Source: an uncultured delta proteobacterium (GTDB lineage: Bacteria > Myxococcota > Myxococcia > SLRQ01). Taken from it: a stretch of 64,000 nt of DNA. The notes under the pieces are model-generated. The model was not told the origin of the DNA, searched no databases, and worked only from the letters and a program-made list of their open reading frames with translations. The position numbers were made by a program, and so were the translations under genes. This document shows positions 9,214 through 19,099 of the stretch, in pieces. The stretch's first letter is position 1. Every line of letters begins with the position of its first letter. The stretch lies in NCBI GenBank assembly GCA_963727485.1, contig CAVSGM010000005.1, positions 1 to 64,000 of the forward strand. The letters are read 5' to 3'.

Positions 9214-9951
9214 ATGCGCCGTATCGTTCTCGCCCTCGCCGTGCTCGCCCTCGGGGCCACCTCCGCCTGCAACAAGGAGCCGGAGGACAAGCCTGCCACC
9301 ACCAAGTCCTACTTCGCCAAGGGCGGTGCCCAGGGCGCTGCCACCGCCGCCGCCGGCGGCACCGGCACGGCCATGGGCCAGCCGGCCAACGGCCAGGGCT
9401 CGGGCAAGCTCCCGCCGGGCCACCCGCCCATCTCCGGGATGATGGCCAAGGCCCGCCAGGGTGCCCCCACCGGTGGCCCCGCCAAGATGGTCGCCGAGGG
9501 CACCATCACCGTGGCCGCCAAGCTCAAGGCCAAGATCCCCCACGGGACCCTCTTCCTCATGGGCCGGATGCCCGGCAAGGGCGGCCAGAAGGGCCCGCCG
9601 GTGCTGGTGCTCAAGGTCGACAACCCGACCTTCCCCCTGAAGTTCAAGCTCACCTCGGACAACACCATGATGCCCGGCATCCCCATCCCGCCGACCGTGG
9701 AGCTCGGCGCCATCCTCGACCAGGACGGCGACGCCGTCTCCCGGACCCCGGGCGACCTCGCCGGCGAGGTCAAGGCCCCGGTGAAGGACGGGTCCAAGGG
9801 GGTGAAGCTGGTCCTCGACACGGTCGACACCGTGACCAAGCCCGGCCTCGACATGGGCGCCATGGGCGGCGGCGGCGGGATGCCCGCCGGCCACCCGTCC
9901 ACCGGCGGCGGGATGCCCGCTGGCCACCCGGCGGTCGGCGGCTCGAAGTAG
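9214..9951 (+). CDS. Lipoprotein with a CcmI/CycH C-terminal-like Ig domain and (L/M)PxGHP motifs
   Basis: Lipobox TSA-C. TLFLMGR...GPPVLVLKV...FPLKFKLTSDNTMMPG...LDQDGDA...PGDLAGE matches the pattern of the cytochrome c biogenesis CcmI C-terminal domain. Contains LPPGHP and two MPAGHP. Confidence 0.65.
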   Translation: MRRIVLALAVLALGATSACNKEPEDKPATTKSYFAKGGAQGAATAAAGGTGTAMGQPANGQGSGKLPPGHPPISGMMAKARQGAPTGGPAKMVAEGTITVAAKLKAKIPHGTLFLMGRMPGKGGQKGPPVLVLKVDNPTFPLKFKLTSDNTMMPGIPIPPTVELGAILDQDGDAVSRTPGDLAGEVKAPVKDGSKGVKLVLDTVDTVTKPGLDMGAMGGGGGMPAGHPSTGGGMPAGHPAVGGSK

Positions 9952-9981
9952 GGCCGCCCGCCCTGGGGGCGGAGCGCCGCG

Positions 9982-10341
9982 CTAGGCCTTGGCGGGCCGG
10001 CGGCGCTTCGCCTGCTTCTCCCGCTTGCGGCGCAGGCGCTCGAGCTCGGTATCGATCCGGGCCCGCTGGGCGTCGATGCGGTCCCGCTCCGCCTCGAGGT
10101 CCGCCTCCCGGTCCCCGGCCTCCCCGGCGGGGGCGTCGGCCTCGGCCGTCCCGTCCCGCCGGGTGACCTCGGCGTCCACCGCGTCCGGGTCGGGCCGATC
10201 GGCGGCCCGGGGCACCCGCTGGCGCAGGGCCTGGTAGAGGTCCCCGCCGGCCTTCACCCCGGCGCCCACGAGCACCGCCGACCCCAGGGCCTTGAGGACC
10301 GAGATCATCACTTCGCCGCCGCGACCGAAGAGCCTGTCCAT
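9982..10341 (-). CDS. Small hypothetical protein with a Gly-rich hydrophobic segment and a coiled-coil tail
   Basis: ORF with coherent codon bias. TACAAT lies 6 nt upstream of the ATG. Confidence 0.55.
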   Translation of the reverse strand: MDRLFGRGGEVMISVLKALGSAVLVGAGVKAGGDLYQALRQRVPRAADRPDPDAVDAEVTRRDGTAEADAPAGEAGDREADLEAERDRIDAQRARIDTELERLRRKREKQAKRRRPAKA

Positions 10342-10406
10342 GGACCCATTGTAACCCGGGGCCGGCGCCCTGGCCCGCCGCCGCCCCCCGGCGTACCCTC
10401 GACCCC

Positions 10407-11312
10407 ATGCGGATCGCCGAGCGCTACCAGACCGGGACGCCCTGCTTCTCCTTCGAGTTCTTCCCCGCGAAGACCGAGAAGGGCGAGGCCCGCCTCTTCG
10501 ACGTCATCCGGGATCTCGCCCACCTGGGCCCGGGCTTCGTGAGCGTCACCTACGGCGCCGGGGGCTCCACCCGGGAGCGGACCCTCGCCTGGATCCGCCG
10601 CATCCGCGAGGAGGTCGGGGTGGAGGCGATGCACCACCTCACCTGCGTGGGCCACAGCCGCGCCGAGCTCTCGGAGATCCTCGAGGAGATCGTCGCCGCG
10701 GGCATCGACAACGTCCTCGCCCTCCGCGGGGACCCCCCCCAGGGCCAGGCCGAGTTCGTCCCCCATGAAGGCGGCTTCGCCCACGCGGTGGACCTGGTGC
10801 GCCTCATCCGGGAGCGGGCCCCCGAGCTGGCCGTGGGCGTCGCCGGCTACCCCGAGGGCCACCTCGAGTGCCCCGACCGGGACCTCGACATCCAGCACCT
10901 CAAGGAGAAGGTCGACGCCGGCGCCGACTTCGTCATCACCCAGCTCTTCTTCGACAACGCCTTCTACTACGACTTCGTCGATCGGGCCCGGCGCGCGGGC
11001 ATCACCGTGCCCATCGTCCCGGGGATCATGCCCATCACCAGCTTCGAGCAGATCCAGCGCTTCACCCGGATCTGCGGGGCGACGTTGCCCATGCGCCTCA
11101 TCCTCGAGCTCGAGCGCCGCCAGGACGACCCGGAGGCGGTCACCCAGCTCGGGGTGGCCCACGCCACCGTCCAGTGCGTCGAGCTCCTCGACCGGGGGGC
11201 GCCGGGCATCCACTTCTACACCCTGAACCGGTCCCGGGCGACGCGGATGATCTTCGCGGCGCTCACCGGCCGGGGTGCCGGGAGCGGCCGGGGCGCGGCG
11301 AGCGGAGGGTAG
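10407..11312 (+). CDS. metF: 5,10-methylenetetrahydrofolate reductase
   Basis: Motifs SFEFFP, FVSVTYGAGG, HLTCVG, LALRGDPP, VAGYPEGH, KVDAGADFVITQLFFD and HFYTLNRS. Confidence 0.97.
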   Translation: MRIAERYQTGTPCFSFEFFPAKTEKGEARLFDVIRDLAHLGPGFVSVTYGAGGSTRERTLAWIRRIREEVGVEAMHHLTCVGHSRAELSEILEEIVAAGIDNVLALRGDPPQGQAEFVPHEGGFAHAVDLVRLIRERAPELAVGVAGYPEGHLECPDRDLDIQHLKEKVDAGADFVITQLFFDNAFYYDFVDRARRAGITVPIVPGIMPITSFEQIQRFTRICGATLPMRLILELERRQDDPEAVTQLGVAHATVQCVELLDRGAPGIHFYTLNRSRATRMIFAALTGRGAGSGRGAASGG

Positions 11313-11316
11313 GGCG

Positions 11317-12417
11317 ATGGCCGGTCCCGGGCGGTGGCGGCTGGCGGTCGCCCTGGCGGTGGGCCTCGGCGTCGGCGTCCTGGCCACCCTCTGGATCGGT
11401 CCGCACCGCCGTCCCCCGGCCGCCGCGCCGGCGCCCCCCCGGGAGGCGGCGCCCCTGACCGTGGCCGCCCGGGCCGCGCAGTTCACGCCCCGCTACTCCG
11501 CCTACGCCGAGGTGGTCCCCGTCCACGACCTCACGGTGCGCAGCCCCGTCGTGGGGACGCTCACCGCCCTGGGCGTCCAGCCCGGGGACGCGGTGGCCCA
11601 AGGCGCGCGCCTCGGGACCGTCGGGGGACCACGCCACGCGGCGGCGGTGAAGGGCGCCCGGGCGAAGGTGGCCGGGGATCAAACGGAGCTGGCCCTGGAC
11701 CTGCGCCTCGCCCGGGCGTCGGCGCACCTGGTGGCCAGCGGCCTCTCGACCCTCACCGGGCGGGCGACGGCCGAGGCGCGGGTCGCCCGGGCCCGCAGCG
11801 CCCTCGCCGCCGACCAGGCCACCCTCGCCGCCCTCGCGGCCGGGGCCGTCCTCCGGGCCCCCAGCGCCGGGACCGTCGTCGCCGTCCACCGGGCCGCCGG
11901 GGAGACGGTGGCGCCGGGCACCCCGGTGGTCACCCTCGAGCCCGCAGGCCACCTCCAGCTGCGCGGCCGCTACTACGGCGCCGACGCCTCGGCCCTGGCC
12001 CCGGGGATGACGGGCGTCTTCCACCCCGCCGACGGCAGCGCCCCGGTCCCGGTGGTCGCCCGGCGCCGGGTCCCGCCCCTGCGCCCCGACGGGGCGCGCG
12101 TGGTCACCTGCGAGCCCGCCCGGTCCCCGGCGGGCCCCGGCTGGCAGAGCGGCGAGGCCGGGCGGCTGGTCCTCGAGGGCAAGGCCGCGCCCGCCGTGGC
12201 GGTCCCCACCGCCGCCCTCGTCCTGGACCGGGGCCACTTCTACGTCCTCGTCCACGACGCCCACGGCGATCACCCGCAGGCGGTCCAGCCCCTCGCGCGC
12301 CGGGGCCCTGACACCCTCGTCCACGGCGCCCTCACCCCCGGCGCCCGGGTGGTCGCCCGGGACGCCGACCTCCGCTACCACCGGGCCTTCAGCGGCCAGT
12401 ACCTGCCCCCGGACTGA
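11317..12417 (+). CDS. RND efflux periplasmic adaptor (membrane fusion protein)
   Basis: N-terminal TM anchor, lipoyl-like halves (VRSPVVGTL..LGVQPGDAVAQG; LRAPSAGTV...GETVAPG), a helical hairpin and VAVPTAALV. Lies directly upstream of an RND permease. Confidence 0.85.
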   Translation: MAGPGRWRLAVALAVGLGVGVLATLWIGPHRRPPAAAPAPPREAAPLTVAARAAQFTPRYSAYAEVVPVHDLTVRSPVVGTLTALGVQPGDAVAQGARLGTVGGPRHAAAVKGARAKVAGDQTELALDLRLARASAHLVASGLSTLTGRATAEARVARARSALAADQATLAALAAGAVLRAPSAGTVVAVHRAAGETVAPGTPVVTLEPAGHLQLRGRYYGADASALAPGMTGVFHPADGSAPVPVVARRRVPPLRPDGARVVTCEPARSPAGPGWQSGEAGRLVLEGKAAPAVAVPTAALVLDRGHFYVLVHDAHGDHPQAVQPLARRGPDTLVHGALTPGARVVARDADLRYHRAFSGQYLPPD

Positions 12418-12420
12418 TCG

Positions 12421-15400
12421 ATGGCCCCGCTGCGCGCCCTGGCGACCCGCCGGCTGCTCTGGGTCCTCGTCTACGGGGCCCTGGCCGCGGGGAGCGCCTA
12501 CGCGGTGTGGCGGATCCCCGTGGGCGTCCTCCCGACCTTCGACTACCCCCTGGTCGAGGTGGTCGTCCACGACCCCGGCGCCACGCCCGAGGAGGTGGAG
12601 ACCGGGGTCGCGAGGCCCCTCGAGGGCCGTCTCCTCGGCCTCCCCGACGTGGCCTCGGTGCGCTCGGCCTCCAGCCAGGGCACCGTCCAGGTCACCGTCC
12701 GCTTCCGGGAGGGCACCGCCGCCCAGGCGGATCTCCAGGCGGTGGAGGGCGCCATCGGCCGGGCCCGCCCGGACCTCCCCCGCGGCGTCGACCCCTACGC
12801 CGAGGTGATGGGCAACGCCGACAACGAGGTCGCCGATTACGCCCTGGTCCTCCCCGCCGAGCCCGGCGCCGCCGAGGTCCAGCGCGACGTCCGGGTGCGC
12901 GTGGTCCCCGCCCTCCGGGCCCTGCCCGGCGTCCAGCGGGTGAGCCTCTTCGGCGCCGGGGCCGAGGCCCTGTGGGTGTCCCCCGAGGCCGCGGCCCTCC
13001 AGCGCACCGGCGCCTCCCTCGCCGACCTCGCCCACGCCCTGCGCCAGGCGGTGGTCCTGGGCCCGGCGGGCTACCAGCGCCTGGGCCACCAGGACGTGTT
13101 CGCCTCGGTGCGGGCCCTGCCGGCCACCCCCGAGGCCCTGCGCCGCCTGCCGGTGCAGGCCGGCGATCACACCGTGCCCCTCTCGGCCCTCGCCCGGGTC
13201 GCCCGCCGGGCCACGCCCATCCACCACGCGGTCCTCCTCGACGGCCGGCAGGCCCTCGGCCTGGTGGTCTTCAAGCAGCCCGGGGCCTCGACCCTGCCGG
13301 TGACCCGGGCGGTGGCGCGGACCCTGGGGCGCCTGGTGGGCCAGCTCCCCGACGGCGCCCGGTGGGTACGCGTCTACAGCCAGGGGCACGTGGTCCACCT
13401 CATCGGCACCGACCTCGGGCGCAACCTCCTCGTCGGCGGCGCCCTGGCGATCCTCGTCCTCCTCTGGATCCTCGGCCTGCGCGGGGGGGCCTGGCTCCTG
13501 GCGGCGAGCATCCCCCTGTCCATCGGCCTCGCCGTCGCCGGCCTCCTCGCCACCGGCCACAGCCTCAACCTCCTCACCCTCGGGGCTCTCACCGTCGCCG
13601 TGGGGCTGGTCGCCGACGACAGCATCATCGTCCTCGAGAGCATCGAGCACCGCTTCGACGGCGGCGAGACCGGGCCCTCGGCGGTCTGGCACGGCCTCCG
13701 GGACATCGCCGCCCCCGACGTCACCGGCACGCTCACCGTGGTGGCGGTCTACCTGCCCCTGCTGCTCGTGGGGGGCCTCGCCGGCCTCTTCCTCCGGCCC
13801 TTCGCCTGGGCCATGGGCCTGGCGCTCTTGGCGTCGCTGGTCGTCTCCCTCACCCTCATCCCCGTGGCGCTCGCCGGCCGCCGGGCGCCGGGGAGGGTCC
13901 GGCCCGGCACCGGCCAGGCCTTCCTCGCCTGGCTCGCCCGGGTCAACGCCCGCGCCCTGGCGGTGACCCTGGCCCACCCTTGGTGGAGCCTGGGCGCGAG
14001 CCTCGTCGTCCTCCTGGCCAGCGCCGGGGTGATGCTCGGGGTCCCGGTGGACTTCTTGCCCCTGCCCAACGAGGGGGTGCTCCTGGAGAGCTTCACCCTG
14101 CCGCCGGGGACCTCCCTCGCCGACACCCGCCAGGTGGTCCGGCGCCTCACCGGGCGGCTCCAGGCGGATCCGGCGGTGGCCCACGTCTACGCCCGCATCG
14201 GCTCGGCGACGGAGACCGCCTACACCGAGCCCAGCCACGCCGGGGAGATCCAGGTCGTCCTGCGCCCCGGGGTCTTTGCCGGGCGCCTCGACGAGGTGGC
14301 CCGCCGCCTCCAGACAGAAGGGCGGATGGACGCGGTCGAGGAGAGCATCGGCACCCCGACCCTGGAGCGGGTCGGCGAGAGCCTCTCGGGGCTCCCCCAG
14401 CCCTTCGTGGTCCGGGTGGTGGGCAACGACGTGGGGACCCTCCGCGCCCTCGCCGAGGCGGTGACCCGGCGCCTGCGCACGGTGAAGGCGCTCACCGGGG
14501 TCTTCGACGATGACGGGTACCCGGTCGACCACCTCGAGGTGACCCCCCGCGCGGGCCGGCTTTCGGCCCTGGGGCTCACGGCGCGGCAGCTCTACGCCCA
14601 GCTCGCCCCGGCCCTCGGCGGCGAGGTGGTGGCCCGGGTCCCCGAGGGCGGCTGGCACCTGGACCTCTACCTGCGCCTCGCCGGGGCCGAGGACCTGGGC
14701 CTCGAGGGGCTGCGCCAGCTGCCGGTGCGCACGGCCCGGGGCGTCGCGCCCCTGGGGAGCCTGGCGCGGGTGGCGCTGGTGACCGGCCCCAACCGGATCC
14801 GCCACGTCGACGGGAGCCGGGCCATGGAGATCCTCGCCACGCCCCTGGGCCCGCTCGGGGCCACCGAGGCCGCCGCCCGCCGGGCGCTGGCCGGCCTTGA
14901 GCGCCCCGCCGGCTACCGCGTGTCCTTCGGCGGGCTCCTCCCCCGCCTGGAGCACGCCGCCGGCCTCACCGCCCTCGCCGCCGCCCTGGCCCTGCTCCTG
15001 GTCGTGGGCATCCTCCTGCTCCAGTTCGAGCGCCTCGGGACCGTGGGCATCCTGCTCCTCCAGGTCCCCCTGACCCTCACCGGGGGGATGCTGGCGCTCG
15101 GCCTCGGGGGCGTGGGGCTCAACGCGACCGGGGTCGTGGGCTTCCTCACCCTGGTGGGCATCGGCCTCAACCACGACATCGTCCTCCTCCACCGGGCCGG
15201 GCGGAACGAGGCGGCGGGGATGGACCCGGCGTCGGCGATCCGGGACGCGGTGGCGGTGCGCTTCCGGCCCATCGTCCTCACCACCCTCACCGCGGTCCTG
15301 GGGATGCTGCCCACGGCCCTGGGCTGGGGCGCCGGGGCGGCGCCGGAGCAGGGGATGGCCCTGGTGATCCTCGGCGGGGTGGTGTGGAGCTCGGTCCTCT

Positions 15401-15471
15401 CCACCAACCTCATCCCGGCCCTCTGGCTCCGGAGCCGGGCGGGGGCGTCCGCCGGCGCCGTCCGCGGCTGA
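12421..15471 (+). CDS. RND efflux permease (AcrB/CusA superfamily)
   Basis: 1016 aa with PGATPEEVETGVARPLE, SLNLLTLGAL, GLVADDSIIVLE, DFLP..NEG and RFRPIVLTT. Confidence 0.93.
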   Translation: MAPLRALATRRLLWVLVYGALAAGSAYAVWRIPVGVLPTFDYPLVEVVVHDPGATPEEVETGVARPLEGRLLGLPDVASVRSASSQGTVQVTVRFREGTAAQADLQAVEGAIGRARPDLPRGVDPYAEVMGNADNEVADYALVLPAEPGAAEVQRDVRVRVVPALRALPGVQRVSLFGAGAEALWVSPEAAALQRTGASLADLAHALRQAVVLGPAGYQRLGHQDVFASVRALPATPEALRRLPVQAGDHTVPLSALARVARRATPIHHAVLLDGRQALGLVVFKQPGASTLPVTRAVARTLGRLVGQLPDGARWVRVYSQGHVVHLIGTDLGRNLLVGGALAILVLLWILGLRGGAWLLAASIPLSIGLAVAGLLATGHSLNLLTLGALTVAVGLVADDSIIVLESIEHRFDGGETGPSAVWHGLRDIAAPDVTGTLTVVAVYLPLLLVGGLAGLFLRPFAWAMGLALLASLVVSLTLIPVALAGRRAPGRVRPGTGQAFLAWLARVNARALAVTLAHPWWSLGASLVVLLASAGVMLGVPVDFLPLPNEGVLLESFTLPPGTSLADTRQVVRRLTGRLQADPAVAHVYARIGSATETAYTEPSHAGEIQVVLRPGVFAGRLDEVARRLQTEGRMDAVEESIGTPTLERVGESLSGLPQPFVVRVVGNDVGTLRALAEAVTRRLRTVKALTGVFDDDGYPVDHLEVTPRAGRLSALGLTARQLYAQLAPALGGEVVARVPEGGWHLDLYLRLAGAEDLGLEGLRQLPVRTARGVAPLGSLARVALVTGPNRIRHVDGSRAMEILATPLGPLGATEAAARRALAGLERPAGYRVSFGGLLPRLEHAAGLTALAAALALLLVVGILLLQFERLGTVGILLLQVPLTLTGGMLALGLGGVGLNATGVVGFLTLVGIGLNHDIVLLHRAGRNEAAGMDPASAIRDAVAVRFRPIVLTTLTAVLGMLPTALGWGAGAAPEQGMALVILGGVVWSSVLSTNLIPALWLRSRAGASAGAVRG

Positions 15472-15480
15472 TCCGGGCAC

Positions 15481-15512
15481 GAAAAAGGCCCTCCCGCCGA
15501 AGCGGGAGGGCC
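15481..15512 (-). terminator. Intrinsic terminator downstream of tRNA-Ala, possibly also serving the convergent RND gene
   Basis: Minus strand GGCCCTCCCGC-TTCG-GCGGGAGGGCC followed by TTTTT. Confidence 0.85.
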
Positions 15513-15513
15513 A

Positions 15514-15589
15514 TGGTGGAGGCGATCGGGATCGAACCGACGACCTTCGCGTTGCGAACGCGACGCTCTCCCAGCTGAGCTACGCCCCC
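15514..15589 (-). tRNA. tRNA-Ala (anticodon CGC)
   Basis: 76-nt cloverleaf GGGGGCGTAGCTCAGCTGGGAGAGCG-TCGCG-TTCGCAA-CGCGA-AGGTCGTCGGTTCGATCCCGATCGCCTCCACCA, with the G3:U70 alanine determinant and an encoded CCA. Confidence 0.98.
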
Positions 15590-15602
15590 AGAGCGGCCGC
15601 GG

Positions 15603-15631
15603 ATGGTAGGGCCGCCGGCGGCGGGGGTCAA
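15603..15631 (-). promoter_or_regulatory. Putative sigma70 promoter of tRNA-Ala
   Basis: TTGACC-N17-TACCAT followed by a GC-rich discriminator. Confidence 0.7.
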
Positions 15632-15670
15632 GCGGTTGTTGATCCCGGGGGGGAGGGGGCTGCCAGGTCT

Positions 15671-15700
15671 TTGACACCCTTTCGGGATCGCTGGTATTGC
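15671..15700 (+). promoter_or_regulatory. Putative sigma70 promoter of the TPR gene
   Basis: TTGACA-N18-TATTGC. Confidence 0.45.
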
Positions 15701-15753
15701 CTGGAATTCGGCACGCCCGACCGGCCCGCCTCCGCGGGCCAAACCGGACCAGC

Positions 15754-18126
15754 ATGGCCAGCGAAGGCGCCAAGCCCAACCCCTCCGATCTCGCCGCCCT
15801 CGAGCACGCGTTCGCCTCGGACCCCGGGTCGTCCGCCTACAAGGACCTCGCGGAGGCCTACCTGGCCCTCGGGCGGTACATGGAGGCGATGGTCGTCTGC
15901 AAGCGCGGGGTCAAGGAGCACCCCGGCGAGCCGGAGGCCCGCGTCCTCCTCGCCCGGGTCTACGCCGACCAGGGGAAGGACCGGAAGGCCATCGCCGAGC
16001 TCAACGGCGCCCTGGAGGCGGCCCCGGACGACCGGGGGGCCAACCTCCTCATGGCGAGCCTCCTCCTCAACCAGGGGGAGATGGACACGGGCACCGACCA
16101 CCTGAAGAGGGCCGCCGACGCCGCGCCCGGCGATCCCGAGGTGGAGGAGGCCCTGCAGAAGTGGGGCATCGACCATGCCCCCGCCGCGGCCGCGGCCCCC
16201 GAGCCCACGCCGGCGGCCGCCCCGCCCCCGGGGACGCCGGTGGTCGAGGCCCAGACCCACGCGGCGCCGCCGGTCAACGGCACCGCGGGCCACGCCGATC
16301 CGGGCGGTCCGCCGGTCCTGGCCGCGGCCGAGCCGGCGCCCCAGGCCGCGGCCCCCCAGCCCGCCGCGCCCCAGCCCGCCGCACCCCAGGCCCCGGCGCC
16401 GGCGCCGGCCGCCGGGCCCCCGCCGGGCTACGCCGCGCCCCCGCCGAGCCACCCGGCCCCAAGCCACCCGGCCCCGTCGGCGTCGCGCCCCCCGGTGCGT
16501 ACCGCCGCCATCGACCCGGACCTCTACGACGACGACATCCCCCTGGAGCACAAGCCCCGGAGCCGGGGGGCGTTCCTCTCCACCGTGGCGGTGGTGGTGC
16601 TCGGGGTGCTGGGCCTGGGGGGCTACGCCCTCTGGTACAGCCACAAGGCCGACCAGGACCGGCAAATCTCCAAGCTCCTCAAGCAGGCCCAGGACGAGAT
16701 CTCCCACGACTCCTACGCCTCCTTCCGGGCGGCGGCGAAGACCTGCGACAAGATCCTCGACCTCCAGCCGGACCAGTTCGCCGCCCACGCCTACCTCGCC
16801 TACATCAACACCCTGCGCTGGGGGGAGTACGGCGAGGGCGAGACCTACAAGCAGCGGGCGCAGCAGAACCTGGCGGCGGCCAAGGCCCAGCACCGGGAGC
16901 ACAGCCACCTCATCGCCGCCGAGGCCTACTACGCCTTCTTCAGCGGCGACTCGGCCACGGCCATCCACCAGCTGCAGACGGTCCTCAAGCGCAAGGACGT
17001 GGCCTCGAGCATGCTCTCCAGCTCGCTGGGGCTGATGCTGATGTGGTCCGGCGACCTCCACGGCGCCACCAAGTGGCTCCTCGCCGCCCAGCAGCTCGCC
17101 CCGGGCGAGCCTCGGATCCTCTACGCCCTCGGGGAGCTGGCCCGGCGCCAGGGGGACGAGGACCGGGCGATGAACTACTTCGACCAGGCCCTGCGCTTCG
17201 ACCCCAACCACGTCGACTCGCTGCTCTCCAAGGCCCTGCTCATCCTCGACTCGACCCGGGGCCAGCCCAAGGTCGCCGCGCCCCTGGTGGCCAAGGTCCT
17301 CGCGATGCCCGCGGACCAGGTGTCGCCCAAGCAGCTCGCCATGGCCCACTTCGCCCAGGCCGAGCTCCTCTATGCCGAGAAGAAGGACGCCCAGGCCAAG
17401 GCCGAGGAGCAGAAGGCCCTGACCCTCCAGCCGCGCAACCCCGACATCCAGCTGATGATCGGCCGGCGCCTGGCCCGGGCCGGGCACTACGCCCAGGCCA
17501 CCCAGCACGTCCAGAAGGCCATCTCCATCGATCCCAAGCGGGCGGGCTTCTACCTGGAGCTGGCCAAGGTGCTCCTGGCCCAGAAGGGCAAGGCCCCCGA
17601 CGCCATCACCGCCCTGGAGCAGGCGCGCAAGACCCTCCCCGACAACGCCGGGCTCCTGGTGCTCCTGGGCAACGCCCAGGCGGCGGCCGGGCACGTCGAC
17701 GCCGCCCTCGACGCCTACCAGAAGGCGATCGCCATGAAGCAGGGCAGCGGTGGCTTCCCCGAGGCGCAGCTCGCCATCGGTGAGCTCTACCGGGGCAAGA
17801 AGGACTACGCCAAGGCGGTCCCGGCCCTGAAGAAGGCCCAGGACGCCTACAAGAACGCCCTCGACGCCCTCGGCGAGGCGAAGGCCACCGTCGACCTGGC
17901 GCGCATCTCCATGGCCCAGGGCGACATGGGCAAGGCCCAGGACCTGCTCAAGCAGGCCATCAAGACCAACGAGGGCTACGCCGACAGCTACTACTTCCTC
18001 GGCCGGACCTACCTGGGCAACCGGCACACCCGGCGCCTGGCCAAGCAGCTCTTCGCCGCGTACCTGAAGCTGGCCCCCGACGGGGACTACGTCGGCGCGG
18101 TGCACGGCCTGATGCGCCACCTCTAG
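15754..18126 (+). CDS. Bitopic TPR-repeat protein (cytoplasmic TPRs, Pro/Ala linker, one TM helix, periplasmic TPRs)
   Basis: TPR-like helices at both ends, an AP-rich linker, and TM segment [18 protein letters not shown]. Confidence 0.8.
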   Translation: MASEGAKPNPSDLAALEHAFASDPGSSAYKDLAEAYLALGRYMEAMVVCKRGVKEHPGEPEARVLLARVYADQGKDRKAIAELNGALEAAPDDRGANLLMASLLLNQGEMDTGTDHLKRAADAAPGDPEVEEALQKWGIDHAPAAAAAPEPTPAAAPPPGTPVVEAQTHAAPPVNGTAGHADPGGPPVLAAAEPAPQAAAPQPAAPQPAAPQAPAPAPAAGPPPGYAAPPPSHPAPSHPAPSASRPPVRTAAIDPDLYDDDIPLEHKPRSRGAFLSTVAVVVLGVLGLGGYALWYSHKADQDRQISKLLKQAQDEISHDSYASFRAAAKTCDKILDLQPDQFAAHAYLAYINTLRWGEYGEGETYKQRAQQNLAAAKAQHREHSHLIAAEAYYAFFSGDSATAIHQLQTVLKRKDVASSMLSSSLGLMLMWSGDLHGATKWLLAAQQLAPGEPRILYALGELARRQGDEDRAMNYFDQALRFDPNHVDSLLSKALLILDSTRGQPKVAAPLVAKVLAMPADQVSPKQLAMAHFAQAELLYAEKKDAQAKAEEQKALTLQPRNPDIQLMIGRRLARAGHYAQATQHVQKAISIDPKRAGFYLELAKVLLAQKGKAPDAITALEQARKTLPDNAGLLVLLGNAQAAAGHVDAALDAYQKAIAMKQGSGGFPEAQLAIGELYRGKKDYAKAVPALKKAQDAYKNALDALGEAKATVDLARISMAQGDMGKAQDLLKQAIKTNEGYADSYYFLGRTYLGNRHTRRLAKQLFAAYLKLAPDGDYVGAVHGLMRHL

Positions 18127-18209
18127 GTCGCCCGCCTCGCCTTGACCGGCCCCGGGTTGGTTGCTACCCACCCAGCGCCGTCACACTCGAGGTTGAAGGG
18201 AGCTCTGGG

Positions 18210-19016
18210 ATGGATTGCGTCAGCAAGGTCTTCGGTGTGCTCTTGGGTGTCCTCCTCGTCGCCGCCCCCGGCTGCCAGAACAAGTCGGCCCCGGCGACCT
18301 CCCCGGCGAAGCCCGCGGCCCCGGGGACCGCGGCCCCGGCCAAGGCCGCCCCGACCCGGCCCGCAGGCGACCTGGTCCTGACCGGCACCGTGCGCTTCAA
18401 GGGCACCGCCCCCGAGCGCACCCCGATCCCGAACACCGCCGACCCGGTCTGCGCCCAGACCAAGGTCCTCTCGGACAAGGTCGTGGTCCACGACGGGAAG
18501 CTCCAGGACGTCCTGGTCTACATCGCCGGCCAGGGCCTCCCCATCAAGCCCGCGACCGGCAAGGTGGTCATCGACCAGAAGCACTGCATGTACGCGCCCC
18601 ACGTGGCCTGCGCCACCGCCGGGCAGACGGTGAGCTTCGAGAACAGCGACCAGACCCTGCACAACGTCCACGCCTACGCCGGCGCCGACCACGGGACCAC
18701 GCTCTTCAACCGGGCGCAGCTCGGCGGCTCCCCGGCGTTCACCGAGGTGTTCAAGGACGGGGGCCAGCTCGTCCACGCGACCTGCGACGTCCACCCGTGG
18801 ATGAGCGGCTTCCTCTACGTCTCCGACAACGGCTACTGCGCCGTCACCGGCCAGGACGGGAGCTTCAAGATCACCGGCCTGCCCCCGGGGACCTACACGG
18901 TGACCACCTGGCAGCAGGTCTACGGCAAGAAGACCTACAAGGTGACCCTCGCCAAGGGGAAGCCGGCGACCCTCGAGGCCAGCTACAGCGCCTCGGACCA
19001 GGCGGCGCAAAAGTAG
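18210..19016 (+). CDS. Lipoprotein with a cupredoxin-like core and a carboxypeptidase-regulatory-like domain
   Basis: Lipobox APG-C. Motifs [29 protein letters not shown] and [14 protein letters not shown]. Lies upstream of ctaB and SCO genes. Confidence 0.75.
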   Translation: MDCVSKVFGVLLGVLLVAAPGCQNKSAPATSPAKPAAPGTAAPAKAAPTRPAGDLVLTGTVRFKGTAPERTPIPNTADPVCAQTKVLSDKVVVHDGKLQDVLVYIAGQGLPIKPATGKVVIDQKHCMYAPHVACATAGQTVSFENSDQTLHNVHAYAGADHGTTLFNRAQLGGSPAFTEVFKDGGQLVHATCDVHPWMSGFLYVSDNGYCAVTGQDGSFKITGLPPGTYTVTTWQQVYGKKTYKVTLAKGKPATLEASYSASDQAAQK

Positions 19017-19099
19017 CGGACCGGCGGGCATTGCGATGCGGCGGCGAGTGGACTAGACAGTGGCTTTCCCCGGATAACGTTTCTCTGGGAGCCCGCATC

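Noticed and set aside
8461..9951. A single 496-aa NUDIX-lipoprotein fusion, as listed in the ORF track
   Set aside because: This is an artefact of the indel near 8770. NUDIX ends at 9145 in another frame, and the lipoprotein has its own ATG and signal peptide at 9214.
11317..15589. tRNA-Ala-anchored genomic island or prophage
   Set aside because: No integrase gene and no duplicated tRNA 3' end (att site) were found in the window.
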